From assembly GCA_963716175.1 (NCBI GenBank), contig OY970296.1, positions 288,001-352,000 of the forward strand: DNA of 64,000 bases, in the 5' to 3' direction. The position numbers were made by a program, and so were the translations under genes. The notes beneath the pieces are model-generated. The model was not told the origin of the DNA, did no database searches, and saw nothing but the letters and a program-made list of their open reading frames with translations. This DNA is from an uncultured Armatimonadetes bacterium (GTDB lineage Bacteria > Armatimonadota > Hebobacteria > Hebobacterales > Hebobacteraceae). The stretch's first letter is position 1. Each line of letters starts with the position of its first letter. This document shows, piece by piece, positions 27,106 through 35,898 of this stretch.

Positions 27106-28874
27106 GCGCGCATGCACCCGACAACCCGCCCCCGGGCCGGCCCACCTTCTCGCTCGTTGTGCCAATGCGCAACGAGCAGGGCTACGTTGAGGAGACCCTG
27201 CGCTCGCTCTTGGCCCAGCAGTATCCTCGGGACGCTGTCGAGATCTTGGTCGTGGACGGCTGCTCGGACGATTCCAGCCGCGCTGTCGTGGCCCGCATGG
27301 CGCATGAGCATGCGAATCTCTGCCTGCTCACTAACCCGGGGCGCTTGCCGGCTGCTGGCCGCAATGTCGGCATCCGAGCCGCCCGCGGCCGGTTCATCGG
27401 CATCGTGGACTGCCACTCCTTCGTGCGGCCTGACTTTCTCGCCACGGCCGAGCGGTTGTTTGAGGAGACCGGCGCGCACTGCCTAGGCCGGCCCGTGGAG
27501 CTGTTCATTCGGACTGATTCCTATCTCCAGCGCGTTATCGGGGCGGCGCGGACATCATGGTTGGGCCACAACCTGGTCTCGCCCCGCTACAGCTTGGCCC
27601 GCGGTGCTATCAGCCCGCTCAGCGTTGGCATCCTCTACTGCAAGGAGGTGTTCGATCGAGTCGGCCTCTTCAACGAGGAGTTCGGCGCCTGCGAGGATGT
27701 CGAGTTCAACTTCCGCCTGAGCCAGGCGGGTGTGAGCACATGGACCGACCCGGCGCTGCAGGTCTACTATCACCCCCGCGGGTCGCTGGGGGCGCTGTTC
27801 AGGCAGATGAGGCGCTACGGGTACTGGCGCTACCGGCTGCTGCGGGGGCAGCAGAGGGCTTTCCACATGTCACAGGCAGCCCCCGCGGCCGCCCTGGCGC
27901 TGGCGGCGTTGACCATGCTTCCTGCCGCCTTGGGGGTACTGCCGCCAGCAGTGCCGGGAGCCCTGGTCGCGGGCTATGCTGCCCTAGTGGCTCTGGCCTC
28001 GGTGCGCGCGAGTCTGGCCCGAGGGCTGAGATACCTGCCGCTGCTCCCGCTGGCCTACGCTACCATTCATCTTGGCGCCGCGGTTGGCTTCTGGTCGGGT
28101 GTCTTCTCGGAAATGGGTCACAGCATCAGGCAGGTCCTGGTGAGGGCGGCGCGCTGGCGCGGCAGCGCTGGTGGACCATCGTGGGAGGAGACGTATGCCT
28201 CGCAGCGGCGCGCCAACAGCGGCTTCCTGGCGAGAGGCCTGAGGATGCGAACGGCCGCGGCAATCCAAGCGCTGAGCCTGTGCGTCTCTCCTCGCCAGCA
28301 GTTCTCGCTCCTCGATGTAGGAAGCGCGGGCGGTGAAATGCTGCCATCTCTGCGACAGGCATTCCCAGGGATCATCCCTATCGGCCTCGACCGTTCCCGC
28401 GATCTCCTGACCTCAAGAGTGGCGCCTGACCTGGCGGTCCAAGCCGATGCCATCATGTTACCTTTCAGAACCCACTCCTTCGATGCCTGCCTGCTGGCGT
28501 CCGTCCTCAAGCATGTCAGCAGGGCGGATCAGGCTCTGGCTGAGATCGCGCGAGTGGTGAGGCCGGGTGGCGCGGTGGTGATCATAGACCCGAGCGCCCT
28601 GGCCATCAGAGTCGGGTGTCTGACGGGCTATCTGCACCGTTCCTCGATCGCCCACCGGTTCACTCTCCGCGACCTGCGCCGGATGCTCGCCGGCGCTGAC
28701 CTGGAGACCGTCGCCACGCGTTTCCTGGTTGTGCACACGCGGTGGCCATGGCTCGACTCAGCACTGAACCGAGCGGTCAAGGCGCTGGGGCTCTTTCTGT
28801 TCATCCCGACCTGGGTCGTCCTAGTGTGTAGGCCAAGAGCGGGCGCTCTGGAGGGCCGCCTGGCAGAGCGCTGA
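27102..28874 (+). CDS. Fused GT2 (ExoA-like) glycosyltransferase + class I SAM methyltransferase
   Basis: VPMRNE, VDGCSDD, VDCH, EDVEFN, QMRRYG. Then LLDVGSAGG, ADAIMLPF..SFD, EIARVVRPGG. Confidence 0.82.
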   Translation: MSAHAPDNPPPGRPTFSLVVPMRNEQGYVEETLRSLLAQQYPRDAVEILVVDGCSDDSSRAVVARMAHEHANLCLLTNPGRLPAAGRNVGIRAARGRFIGIVDCHSFVRPDFLATAERLFEETGAHCLGRPVELFIRTDSYLQRVIGAARTSWLGHNLVSPRYSLARGAISPLSVGILYCKEVFDRVGLFNEEFGACEDVEFNFRLSQAGVSTWTDPALQVYYHPRGSLGALFRQMRRYGYWRYRLLRGQQRAFHMSQAAPAAALALAALTMLPAALGVLPPAVPGALVAGYAALVALASVRASLARGLRYLPLLPLAYATIHLGAAVGFWSGVFSEMGHSIRQVLVRAARWRGSAGGPSWEETYASQRRANSGFLARGLRMRTAAAIQALSLCVSPRQQFSLLDVGSAGGEMLPSLRQAFPGIIPIGLDRSRDLLTSRVAPDLAVQADAIMLPFRTHSFDACLLASVLKHVSRADQALAEIARVVRPGGAVVIIDPSALAIRVGCLTGYLHRSSIAHRFTLRDLRRMLAGADLETVATRFLVVHTRWPWLDSALNRAVKALGLFLFIPTWVVLVCRPRAGALEGRLAER

Positions 28875-28902
28875 GCCTGGCCAGGCGGCGCCGAGGGGTC
28901 AT

Positions 28903-28918
28903 TGGCACGGTTCTTGCA
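28903..28918 (+). promoter_or_regulatory. Sigma54 promoter upstream of flippase
   Basis: TGGCACGGTTCTTGCA, a full consensus match 29 nt after the upstream stop. The predicted +1 (~28929) coincides with an in-frame ATG. Confidence 0.85.
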
Positions 28919-28928
28919 TAGGTCCAAG

Positions 28929-31187
28929 ATGCGCCCGCCGGGGGGCTTTGTCCACGGAGGGCCTGGGGTGCTGGGGTCAGAGCGTGGCGCGCATCATCCG
29001 ATTCGAGAGCAGCAGACAGTGCGAGCGCAGGACCAGACGGCGCAGCCGACAGCCACCGTTCCGGCCGCTCCCAAGGCTGAGCCGAATCAGCCGCTAGGAG
29101 CCCTCTGGGAGGATATCAGGTCGCTCGGGAAGCAGTCGCTGATCTACGGCGCCGGGCTGTGGGCGACGAGCGCCGCGGGGTTCGTGCTAGTCCCACTCTA
29201 CGTCCGCCGTCTCTCGCCTCACGACTACGGCCTGCTCGAGATCCTGAACCGGACCTCAAGCATCCTTTCCACCTTTGCTCTCGCCGGGATGGTGCTGGCA
29301 GTCCTCCGGTTCTACTACCTCTACGATCGGCCAGAAGAGCGGCGCCGCGTGATCAGCAGCGCCCTGGCGTTTTCCTTCCTTACTTCGTGCTTGATCCAGA
29401 GCGCCATCGTGGTGTTCTCCCACGATCTCAGCCGCCTGCTGCTGGGCTCGCCTGACTACGCCGCGCTGTGCGTGCTTGCCGGCTTCATCACGATTGCGGA
29501 CATGCTCTCTCTTCTCCCTGGCACGCTGCTGCGAGTCCGGGAGCAAGTGCTGCTGTACACCGTTTTCTCGGTCGCCAAGTTCGCTCTCGCCATCACGCTC
29601 AACATCTGGTTTGTCGTCGGGCTGGGCCGCGGGCTACCCGGAGTCATGGAGGCCAACTTGGCAGCCAGCGCCGCGGTCGGGCTGGCGGTTGCGGTCTACT
29701 GCCTGCGCGCGGTCGGGCTCCGAGTATCAGGCACGATGCTGAGAGCCATGCTGGCTTTCGGCCTGCCGGTTGCTGCGGCAGGGATCCCAGGCATTATCAC
29801 CGAGAACCTCGATCGCTACCTGCTGCTCCATATGAGATCAGCCGCGGAGGTCGGCATCTACGCCCTGTCGGTCAGATTCGGGACGCTGCTATCCCTCCTT
29901 TTGTTTCAGCCCTTCGGCTTCATCTACTCGCAGTTCATGTTCAAGGTGGCAGATCGCCCGGACGCCAGCCGGATCTACGGCAAGGTGACTACCGTGGTCA
30001 CGGCGCTCGGGGTGTGGCTGACGGTGGCGCTTGCGACCTTCGCTCCCGACATCGTCTCCCTGGTCTCGCCGGGTAAGGCCTACGCCCTGTCCGGCGTGGT
30101 CGCTCCCGTCCTTCTCATAGGCTATCTCTTCTATGGGGTAAGCCCTCTGCTCGAGGTGGGGATCTACCTGCAAAGGAAGACTCTCTGGAAGCCAGCAATA
30201 GTTGCCGTCCAGGCGGTGGCATGCACCGTTCTCTTGTGGCAGTTCGTCCCCCGCTGGGGCGCAACCGGAGCAGCATGGGCACTGGTCGGCTCCGAGGCCG
30301 TTCTCTGCCTCTGCCTTTACCTGGTGGCACGGCGGCTGTTCCGGATCTCCTACGAATGGCCTCGCCTGGCCGCGCTGCTCGCGGTGCTGGTGGCAGCCAT
30401 TGCGCTTGGCGCCAGGCTCGCCGGATCTCCCTCCCACCTTGGTTTCGTGAGCAGGCTGGGCTTGGTCGCTGGAGTGGCCCTCCTGGTGGGAGCCACTGCC
30501 GTGTTGAGACCCAGGGCAGGGATAGGTACGGCGCGCCTGTCCTCCTTTGCCTCGTGCCTGCCTAACCTGATCCCTAGCGGCGCCCGGCGTGCCGCCCGAC
30601 TTGCCGCAGAGCCGTTGATACGAGGCGCCTGGCATCTGGACCCAGGGGTGCTGATAGTACGATATCACTCCATTTCGGATCCGTCGGACCCCGGCAACCC
30701 CATCTCGCCTGGCATCTGCACCAGCCCTGCAGATTTCTATGAGCAGATGGCACTGCTCGCGGCCCAGGCGACGCCAGTCTCTCTTGACACGGTGCTCGAC
30801 GCGTTCGACCGAGGAGTCAGGCTGCCTGCGCGTCCCGTGGTGGTGACCTTCGATGACGGTTACGCGGACAACTGCGAGATCGCTCTGCCGATTCTTCGGG
30901 ACCGTGGAATCCCCGCGGCTTTCTTGATCACGACCGGATGGACAGGTACGGATATCGAGCCCTGGTTCATCGCTATCAGGTCAGCTTTCTCGGCAACCCG
31001 CCGGCGGTCGTGGGCACCAGCGCCCTCAGACCGCGAGTACCCGCTTGACTGCGAAGACGGTCGGCGCGCCGCGCGGCGCGCCGCCGCACGCATCCTCGCG
31101 CGGCTAAGTCTCGCCGAGCAGGAAACGTGGCTGGGACAGCTTCGCCGCGAACTGGAGATCGACGCGCCGGCCAGGGGGCCCCCCTGA
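28929..31187 (+). CDS. wzx: Wzx flippase fused to the N-terminal part of a polysaccharide deacetylase
   Basis: KQSLIYG, PLYVRRLSP.DYG, DRYLL, EVGIYALS and 12-14 TMs. Then YHSI, VVVTFDDGYADN, PAAFLITTG. Start is 28929 or 29019. Confidence 0.8.
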   Translation: MRPPGGFVHGGPGVLGSERGAHHPIREQQTVRAQDQTAQPTATVPAAPKAEPNQPLGALWEDIRSLGKQSLIYGAGLWATSAAGFVLVPLYVRRLSPHDYGLLEILNRTSSILSTFALAGMVLAVLRFYYLYDRPEERRRVISSALAFSFLTSCLIQSAIVVFSHDLSRLLLGSPDYAALCVLAGFITIADMLSLLPGTLLRVREQVLLYTVFSVAKFALAITLNIWFVVGLGRGLPGVMEANLAASAAVGLAVAVYCLRAVGLRVSGTMLRAMLAFGLPVAAAGIPGIITENLDRYLLLHMRSAAEVGIYALSVRFGTLLSLLLFQPFGFIYSQFMFKVADRPDASRIYGKVTTVVTALGVWLTVALATFAPDIVSLVSPGKAYALSGVVAPVLLIGYLFYGVSPLLEVGIYLQRKTLWKPAIVAVQAVACTVLLWQFVPRWGATGAAWALVGSEAVLCLCLYLVARRLFRISYEWPRLAALLAVLVAAIALGARLAGSPSHLGFVSRLGLVAGVALLVGATAVLRPRAGIGTARLSSFASCLPNLIPSGARRAARLAAEPLIRGAWHLDPGVLIVRYHSISDPSDPGNPISPGICTSPADFYEQMALLAAQATPVSLDTVLDAFDRGVRLPARPVVVTFDDGYADNCEIALPILRDRGIPAAFLITTGWTGTDIEPWFIAIRSAFSATRRRSWAPAPSDREYPLDCEDGRRAARRAAARILARLSLAEQETWLGQLRRELEIDAPARGPP

Positions 31188-31573
31188 TGATGTCGTGGGA
31201 GCAAGTGGCCAAGGTCAGAGATGCGGGGATGACGATCGGAGCGCACAGCGTGAGCCATCCGAACCTGGCCTGGCTGCCGCCCGCGGCCCAAGAGGCTCAG
31301 ATGCGCGAGTCGAAGCTGGCGCTGAGCTCTCATCTCGGCATCCCAGTGCGACACTTCTCGTACCCCAGCCCGATAGATCCACCTTGTCTCAACCGCGACA
31401 GCATGGCAGCCGCGCGGCAGGTGGGCTTCGCCGCGGCGCTGAGCACGTTCGCGGGAATGGCCCGGCCAGGTTCCAATCGTTTCGCCCTGCCGAGGATGAA
31501 CCAGCCCGCCATGGCGGCGCGGACAGCGGGCTTCTCTGCTTGCTTCCTGCGTGCAGCTCTGAAGATGCCTTAG
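31127..31573 (+). CDS. Polysaccharide deacetylase C-terminal part (frameshift at G5C6 tract 31174-31184)
   Basis: MMSWEQV..GMTIGAHSVSHPNL, FSYP, F.LPR complete the NodB domain begun in the previous frame. Confidence 0.8.
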   Translation: MAGTASPRTGDRRAGQGAPLMMSWEQVAKVRDAGMTIGAHSVSHPNLAWLPPAAQEAQMRESKLALSSHLGIPVRHFSYPSPIDPPCLNRDSMAAARQVGFAAALSTFAGMARPGSNRFALPRMNQPAMAARTAGFSACFLRAALKMP

Positions 31574-31611
31574 AGACTGAAGAAGCCTACCGGGCCAGGA
31601 GGATGAAGGCT

Positions 31612-31626
31612 TGGCACCTAGTTCGC
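31612..31626 (+). promoter_or_regulatory. Probable sigma54 promoter upstream of GNAT-radical SAM gene
   Basis: TGGCACCTAGTTCGC (GG-N10-GC; TCGC instead of TTGC), intergenic, about 30 nt before ATG 31659. Confidence 0.55.
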
Positions 31627-31658
31627 CCGCGCCCACCGTGGGGGCAGGGCCATCGTCA

Positions 31659-34019
31659 ATGACAGCGCAGATCGAGCTGGTGCGCAGCTCGGACGGCCTG
31701 GCCTCGCTCCAGCCGGAGTGGGACGAACTCGCGTCGCGTAGCCCCGCCTATCCGTTCACGAGCCACGTCTGGCAGGGGACCTGGTGGCAGGCGTTCGGCA
31801 GGCCACCCCGGAGCCTTTACACTCTGGTGCTGAGGCGAGGTGGCCGGGTCCTTGGCATATTCCCGCTCATGCTGACCAGAGGCCGCCTGCGGGGGATTCC
31901 CCTGCGCATGCTGACATTTGCTCAGAGCGCCCAGGCACCCCGTGCCGATGTTCTCCTGCGGGAAGACGACCCCCAGGTGCTGACGGAGCTACTCGAGTAC
32001 CTCAGCGCCGCGCCCGGCTGGGATTGCCTGGTGCTGCGGAAGATCCCCGCCAGCTCCCCCTCTCTGACCATGCTTCAGTCCAGCCTTCGGGATCAGGGCT
32101 ACTGCTACCACCTCCATCAGAGCCTTCGTTGCCCCTATGTGCGCATAGACGGGGACTGGGAGGGTTTCCTGCAGTCCCGATCCGTGAAATTCCGCAAGAG
32201 CTGTCGCAACAAGCTGAACCGCGTCCAGCGCAGCCATCGCATGGAGGTAGAGCACATCTGCGACTGGGCTCGCTTCACGTCGGTCTATGATGAGATCTGT
32301 GAAGTCTCGTCCCGCAGCCGGCTGGTCGCTCGCCAGGCCGCCCTGGCGAGTCGGCCTGAGCGGGTTGGGTTCTACCGCCGCCTCGCCCAGCAAGCGGCCT
32401 CTCGCGGCTGGCTCAGCGTCTGGACTCTGCGCTTCGACGGTCGCATGGTTGCCTACGAGTACCACCTCGCCGTCAATGGAGTGAACCACGGGCTGCTGGC
32501 CGCATTCGACGACGACTTCGAGGCGCTGTCTCCAGGTTCTGTGCTCGACTATCACGTAGTGCGACAGCTTTTCCTCGATGGGCGCGCGGGATACGATCAA
32601 GGCGGCTGGGAGGCTTTCTACAAACGAAGATGGACAGACCAGGCCCTGGAGCATGTGGACCTGATCGCGTTCCCACGGCGCTGCCGGGCGGCGTTGGCCA
32701 ACCGGTGGGAGTACGGCATCGTGACCTGGCTGAGGGAGCGTCGCAACCAGCTGAGGCCCTCCTCGGGGTCGGATCATGCAGCTCGGTGGCTGGCCATCCG
32801 GGAGAGCATATCCTGGGAGCCCTCTGAGGCCCCTCACCTGGAGCACGAGGATGAAGAAGGCGCGTGGGGCCCTGATCTGAACCCGTTCCACCTGGCCCGG
32901 GATGGATGGCAGATGCTGCGCCGCGATCTGGCGCGGGACCTGAACTACTACCGTGTGCGGCCGACGAACCTGCTTCCCTTCCTGACTTACCGCTGCAGCT
33001 CGAGATGTCGCACCTGCAGCATGTGGCAGCGGCGGAGCGTGCTCCCAGAGCTCAGCCTCGCTCAGTGGCAGACGTTCCTCACCTCCCTTGCAGAGATACA
33101 GCCCAGATCACTGCGCCATGTAGAGTTCTTCGGGGGCGACGTGCTTCTGAGGCCCGATGTCTTGATGCCCCTGATCGAGCAGGCATCCGCCATCGGCCTG
33201 GACACCGCCGTCCCCCTCAATGGCATCCTTCTGGACGAGCGCATGGCCGCCCAGCTTGTGGCCAGTGGGGTCCATACCGTCTACCTCAGCGTGGATGGAG
33301 TGGGCGAAGTGCATGACCGCGTCCGCGGCGTGCCTGGCAACTTCGCGCTTCTTAGGCGCGGCCTGGCAGCATTGCGCGCGGCCCGCGGAGATCGCCGTTC
33401 CCCAGAGATCGTCGCCATCTGCACCGTCTCGCGCCTCAACGCGGACAGCTTCGAGCAGGTGCTTCCCTTCGCGGCCGAAGCGGGATGCGACAGACTTCAC
33501 TTTGAGTACGCGGGAGAATTCCCGGCCGAGGCCTGTGCGCGCTCGGTGCTCGACGGGCACCGGCCGGCCCCCTACTTCTCGAGTTCCAACGGCTCGGTGC
33601 TGGTGGAGGCGGCACAGGCCTATCGCATCAAGCGCGAGCTCTCGCTGATCCGGTCATCTCCTGCTCCCGGCAAGCTGTATGTCGCCACCACCAACATAGA
33701 CGTGCTTACTACGGAGCAGATGGTGCTGGGCCGCTTCGACGTACGCCAGTGCTATGTGGCCCGACTGATCGTCACCGTTGACCCCTTCGGGGGCGTGCTG
33801 GCCTGCCCGTTCTTCGACACCTACCTCCTGGGCAACATCCTCGAGCGACCACTCTCCGAGATCTGGAACGGACCGACGCACCGGCGGTTCCTGCAGGCAC
33901 AGCGGCGGGGGGAATTCCCCATCTGCCGCCACTGCATCATGAGCGTGGAGCGGAATCCCACCTTCGGGCAGAGAGTCGTGAAGCGATACCTGGCATGGCG
34001 GAAACTGGCGCGCAGTTGA
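31659..34019 (+). CDS. Fused CelD/BcsL-type GNAT acyltransferase + radical SAM/SPASM protein
   Basis: N-half: EWDEL..PF.SH.W..WW, LSPGSVL, YKRRWT. C-half: CSSRCRTC (CxxxCxxC), GGDVLLR, SVDG..HDRVRG and SPASM C..ACPF..LGNI..IWNG..CRHC. Confidence 0.85.
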   Translation: MTAQIELVRSSDGLASLQPEWDELASRSPAYPFTSHVWQGTWWQAFGRPPRSLYTLVLRRGGRVLGIFPLMLTRGRLRGIPLRMLTFAQSAQAPRADVLLREDDPQVLTELLEYLSAAPGWDCLVLRKIPASSPSLTMLQSSLRDQGYCYHLHQSLRCPYVRIDGDWEGFLQSRSVKFRKSCRNKLNRVQRSHRMEVEHICDWARFTSVYDEICEVSSRSRLVARQAALASRPERVGFYRRLAQQAASRGWLSVWTLRFDGRMVAYEYHLAVNGVNHGLLAAFDDDFEALSPGSVLDYHVVRQLFLDGRAGYDQGGWEAFYKRRWTDQALEHVDLIAFPRRCRAALANRWEYGIVTWLRERRNQLRPSSGSDHAARWLAIRESISWEPSEAPHLEHEDEEGAWGPDLNPFHLARDGWQMLRRDLARDLNYYRVRPTNLLPFLTYRCSSRCRTCSMWQRRSVLPELSLAQWQTFLTSLAEIQPRSLRHVEFFGGDVLLRPDVLMPLIEQASAIGLDTAVPLNGILLDERMAAQLVASGVHTVYLSVDGVGEVHDRVRGVPGNFALLRRGLAALRAARGDRRSPEIVAICTVSRLNADSFEQVLPFAAEAGCDRLHFEYAGEFPAEACARSVLDGHRPAPYFSSSNGSVLVEAAQAYRIKRELSLIRSSPAPGKLYVATTNIDVLTTEQMVLGRFDVRQCYVARLIVTVDPFGGVLACPFFDTYLLGNILERPLSEIWNGPTHRRFLQAQRRGEFPICRHCIMSVERNPTFGQRVVKRYLAWRKLARS

Positions 34020-34690
34020 GCGGCCGGCCCCCGATCACGCGAATCAGGCGGGTGTGGCAGGAGGGAGGTCTGCCCGCTATCTACGGGTGCATTGCCGAAC
34101 GGGTGCTGCGGCACAATTCGGCAATTTGGCACGAGCGCCAGCTGGTCGGCGAGCTGCCCGCAGCGAAGGCGAAGCTGCCCGTGAGCATCATCCGCGACGA
34201 CCTTCGAGGGACGCTGGAATGGCTGTACCGCAGACCGCACGATCCGCGTGAACTTGGTCTGGCTCTTGCTGAGGGCCATCTGTCTCCCCGCGCCGAACTC
34301 AACGGCGCCTTGGTCGCCTATGTCAAGGCTGGCTGGGGTGCGGTCTGGGTCTCGGACTACCAGGGCTTTGTCAGTTTCCCACCCGAGGCCGCCTTCATCT
34401 ACGATACCTATGTAGAGCCAGCTCTCCGGCGCCAGGGAATCGGAAAAGCGATGGTCGCGGCCGTCATGAAGGAGCTGCAAGCGCGTGGGTTCGCGCGCGT
34501 GTTCTGCCACATCCCAGAATGGAATCGCGCCTCGCGCCATCTCTACGAGTCCGTCGGGTTCGTAGCACGAAGGAAGATCGTGTTCGCGCGGATTCTCGGG
34601 CTGCCTATCCTGTGGCCCCATCCGCGGATGCTGTGGCGGCACCCGCCTTCGTCTACGGAGCATCCGACATCAGGTCACAGCCGATCATGA
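33995..34690 (+). CDS. GNAT family N-acetyltransferase
   Basis: IYDTYVEPALRRQGIG acetyl-CoA motif and N.ASRHLYESVGF. Confidence 0.85.
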   Translation: MAETGAQLSGRPPITRIRRVWQEGGLPAIYGCIAERVLRHNSAIWHERQLVGELPAAKAKLPVSIIRDDLRGTLEWLYRRPHDPRELGLALAEGHLSPRAELNGALVAYVKAGWGAVWVSDYQGFVSFPPEAAFIYDTYVEPALRRQGIGKAMVAAVMKELQARGFARVFCHIPEWNRASRHLYESVGFVARRKIVFARILGLPILWPHPRMLWRHPPSSTEHPTSGHSRS

Positions 34691-34742
34691 GCGACAGGGT
34701 CCAGCAGAAGGCAGATGCGAGCCATTACAGGATTGCAGTGCC

Positions 34743-35867
34743 GTGACATACCGGCTCCTCGACTGGCTGGCTTGCCCTAGGAACTCCTGCTTCCCCCTCA
34801 AGATCACCGCCGCGATCGAGAGGCAGCTTCCCGCCTGTTCAGCCGGGAGAAGCCCCATCCGATGCGATGCCTACTGCGGCCGGCGACAAGCGCCAGTGGA
34901 TGATATCCCCGCGGAAGAATGCCTGGCCTGCGCAACTGTAGAGGTGGTGGAGGGTGAGATTCGGTGCGAGTGCTGCGGCGCGATCTCCACCTTGACTGAC
35001 GGCATCCCGGACATGCTGCCTCCAGAGCTGGCCGCGGCAGCTAGACTGGGAGCAGCCGCATCTGCGCCGCGCGGCCTCAGGGACAAGGCCAGCGAGATGG
35101 CGGCAAGAGACCAGCAGGCGGCAAGCTACAATAGCAGGCGCAACCCATTCGATAGGGAAGCCGAACTGGGAGTGCTCCTGAGGTCACTCGATGTCCGGCC
35201 CAGAGACCGGATCCTCGACGGCGGGGCGGGAACCGGGTTTGTCACCCTTGCCTGCGTAGCGCGAAATGTAGAGCTGGCAGCGGTAGACTTCTCCCGGGAA
35301 TCGCTGAAGATGCTGCGGAGCGCCATCCCGTTGCCGCTACTCTCTCAGACCCATCTCGTGCAAGCGGACCTCACTAGGCTGCCCTTTCGCGACGGTATCT
35401 TCGACAAGGCGGTGCAGGCCCAGGTGCTGGAGCATCTGCCCACAGCAGAAGACCGAGATGCCGCCGTGTCTGAGACCAAGCGGGTGCTTACGCGGGGCGG
35501 CCGGTTCGTGCTCTCCGCCTACAACTTCTCCCTATGGAAGAAGCGGTCGGCCGCCAGGGGCGAAGTGCACTTCGCTCAGCGAGAAGGTTACCATGGCGGG
35601 CGGATCTACTACCGGAACTTCGAAGCCGCGGAGCTCCGCGCTCTGCTGTCGCAGCACTTCCAGGTCAGGAGCATCCGCGGTGTCATCAATGAGCTCCCGG
35701 AGGATCTTCAATACCGGCTGAGACCATTCGGGCTCTTGGTGGAAAGGGGATTGCAGATGACGGCGCTGTCTGTCCACCTGGGCCGTCTGCTCGTTGCCAG
35801 CTGTCGTCGCGAGGGCCAGCCGCCCACCCCAAATCAGGGCTCAAGCAGTCCTCGGCCGGCAGCGTGA
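34743..35867 (+). CDS. Class I SAM methyltransferase with N-terminal Trm112-like zinc domain
   Basis: LLDWLACP...EGEIRC..C...DGIPDML; ILDGGAGTG, VDFS, ADLTRLPF, VLEHLP. Confidence 0.85.
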   Translation: MTYRLLDWLACPRNSCFPLKITAAIERQLPACSAGRSPIRCDAYCGRRQAPVDDIPAEECLACATVEVVEGEIRCECCGAISTLTDGIPDMLPPELAAAARLGAAASAPRGLRDKASEMAARDQQAASYNSRRNPFDREAELGVLLRSLDVRPRDRILDGGAGTGFVTLACVARNVELAAVDFSRESLKMLRSAIPLPLLSQTHLVQADLTRLPFRDGIFDKAVQAQVLEHLPTAEDRDAAVSETKRVLTRGGRFVLSAYNFSLWKKRSAARGEVHFAQREGYHGGRIYYRNFEAAELRALLSQHFQVRSIRGVINELPEDLQYRLRPFGLLVERGLQMTALSVHLGRLLVASCRREGQPPTPNQGSSSPRPAA

Positions 35868-35898
35868 TCTGCTGACTGGCCCAGCGCAGCCTGCCCAC

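Noticed and set aside
31603-31662. 19-codon ORF MKAWHLV... ending in an ATGA overlap
   Set aside because: The AGGAGG abuts the ATG with no spacer, and the ORF overlaps the probable sigma54 promoter.
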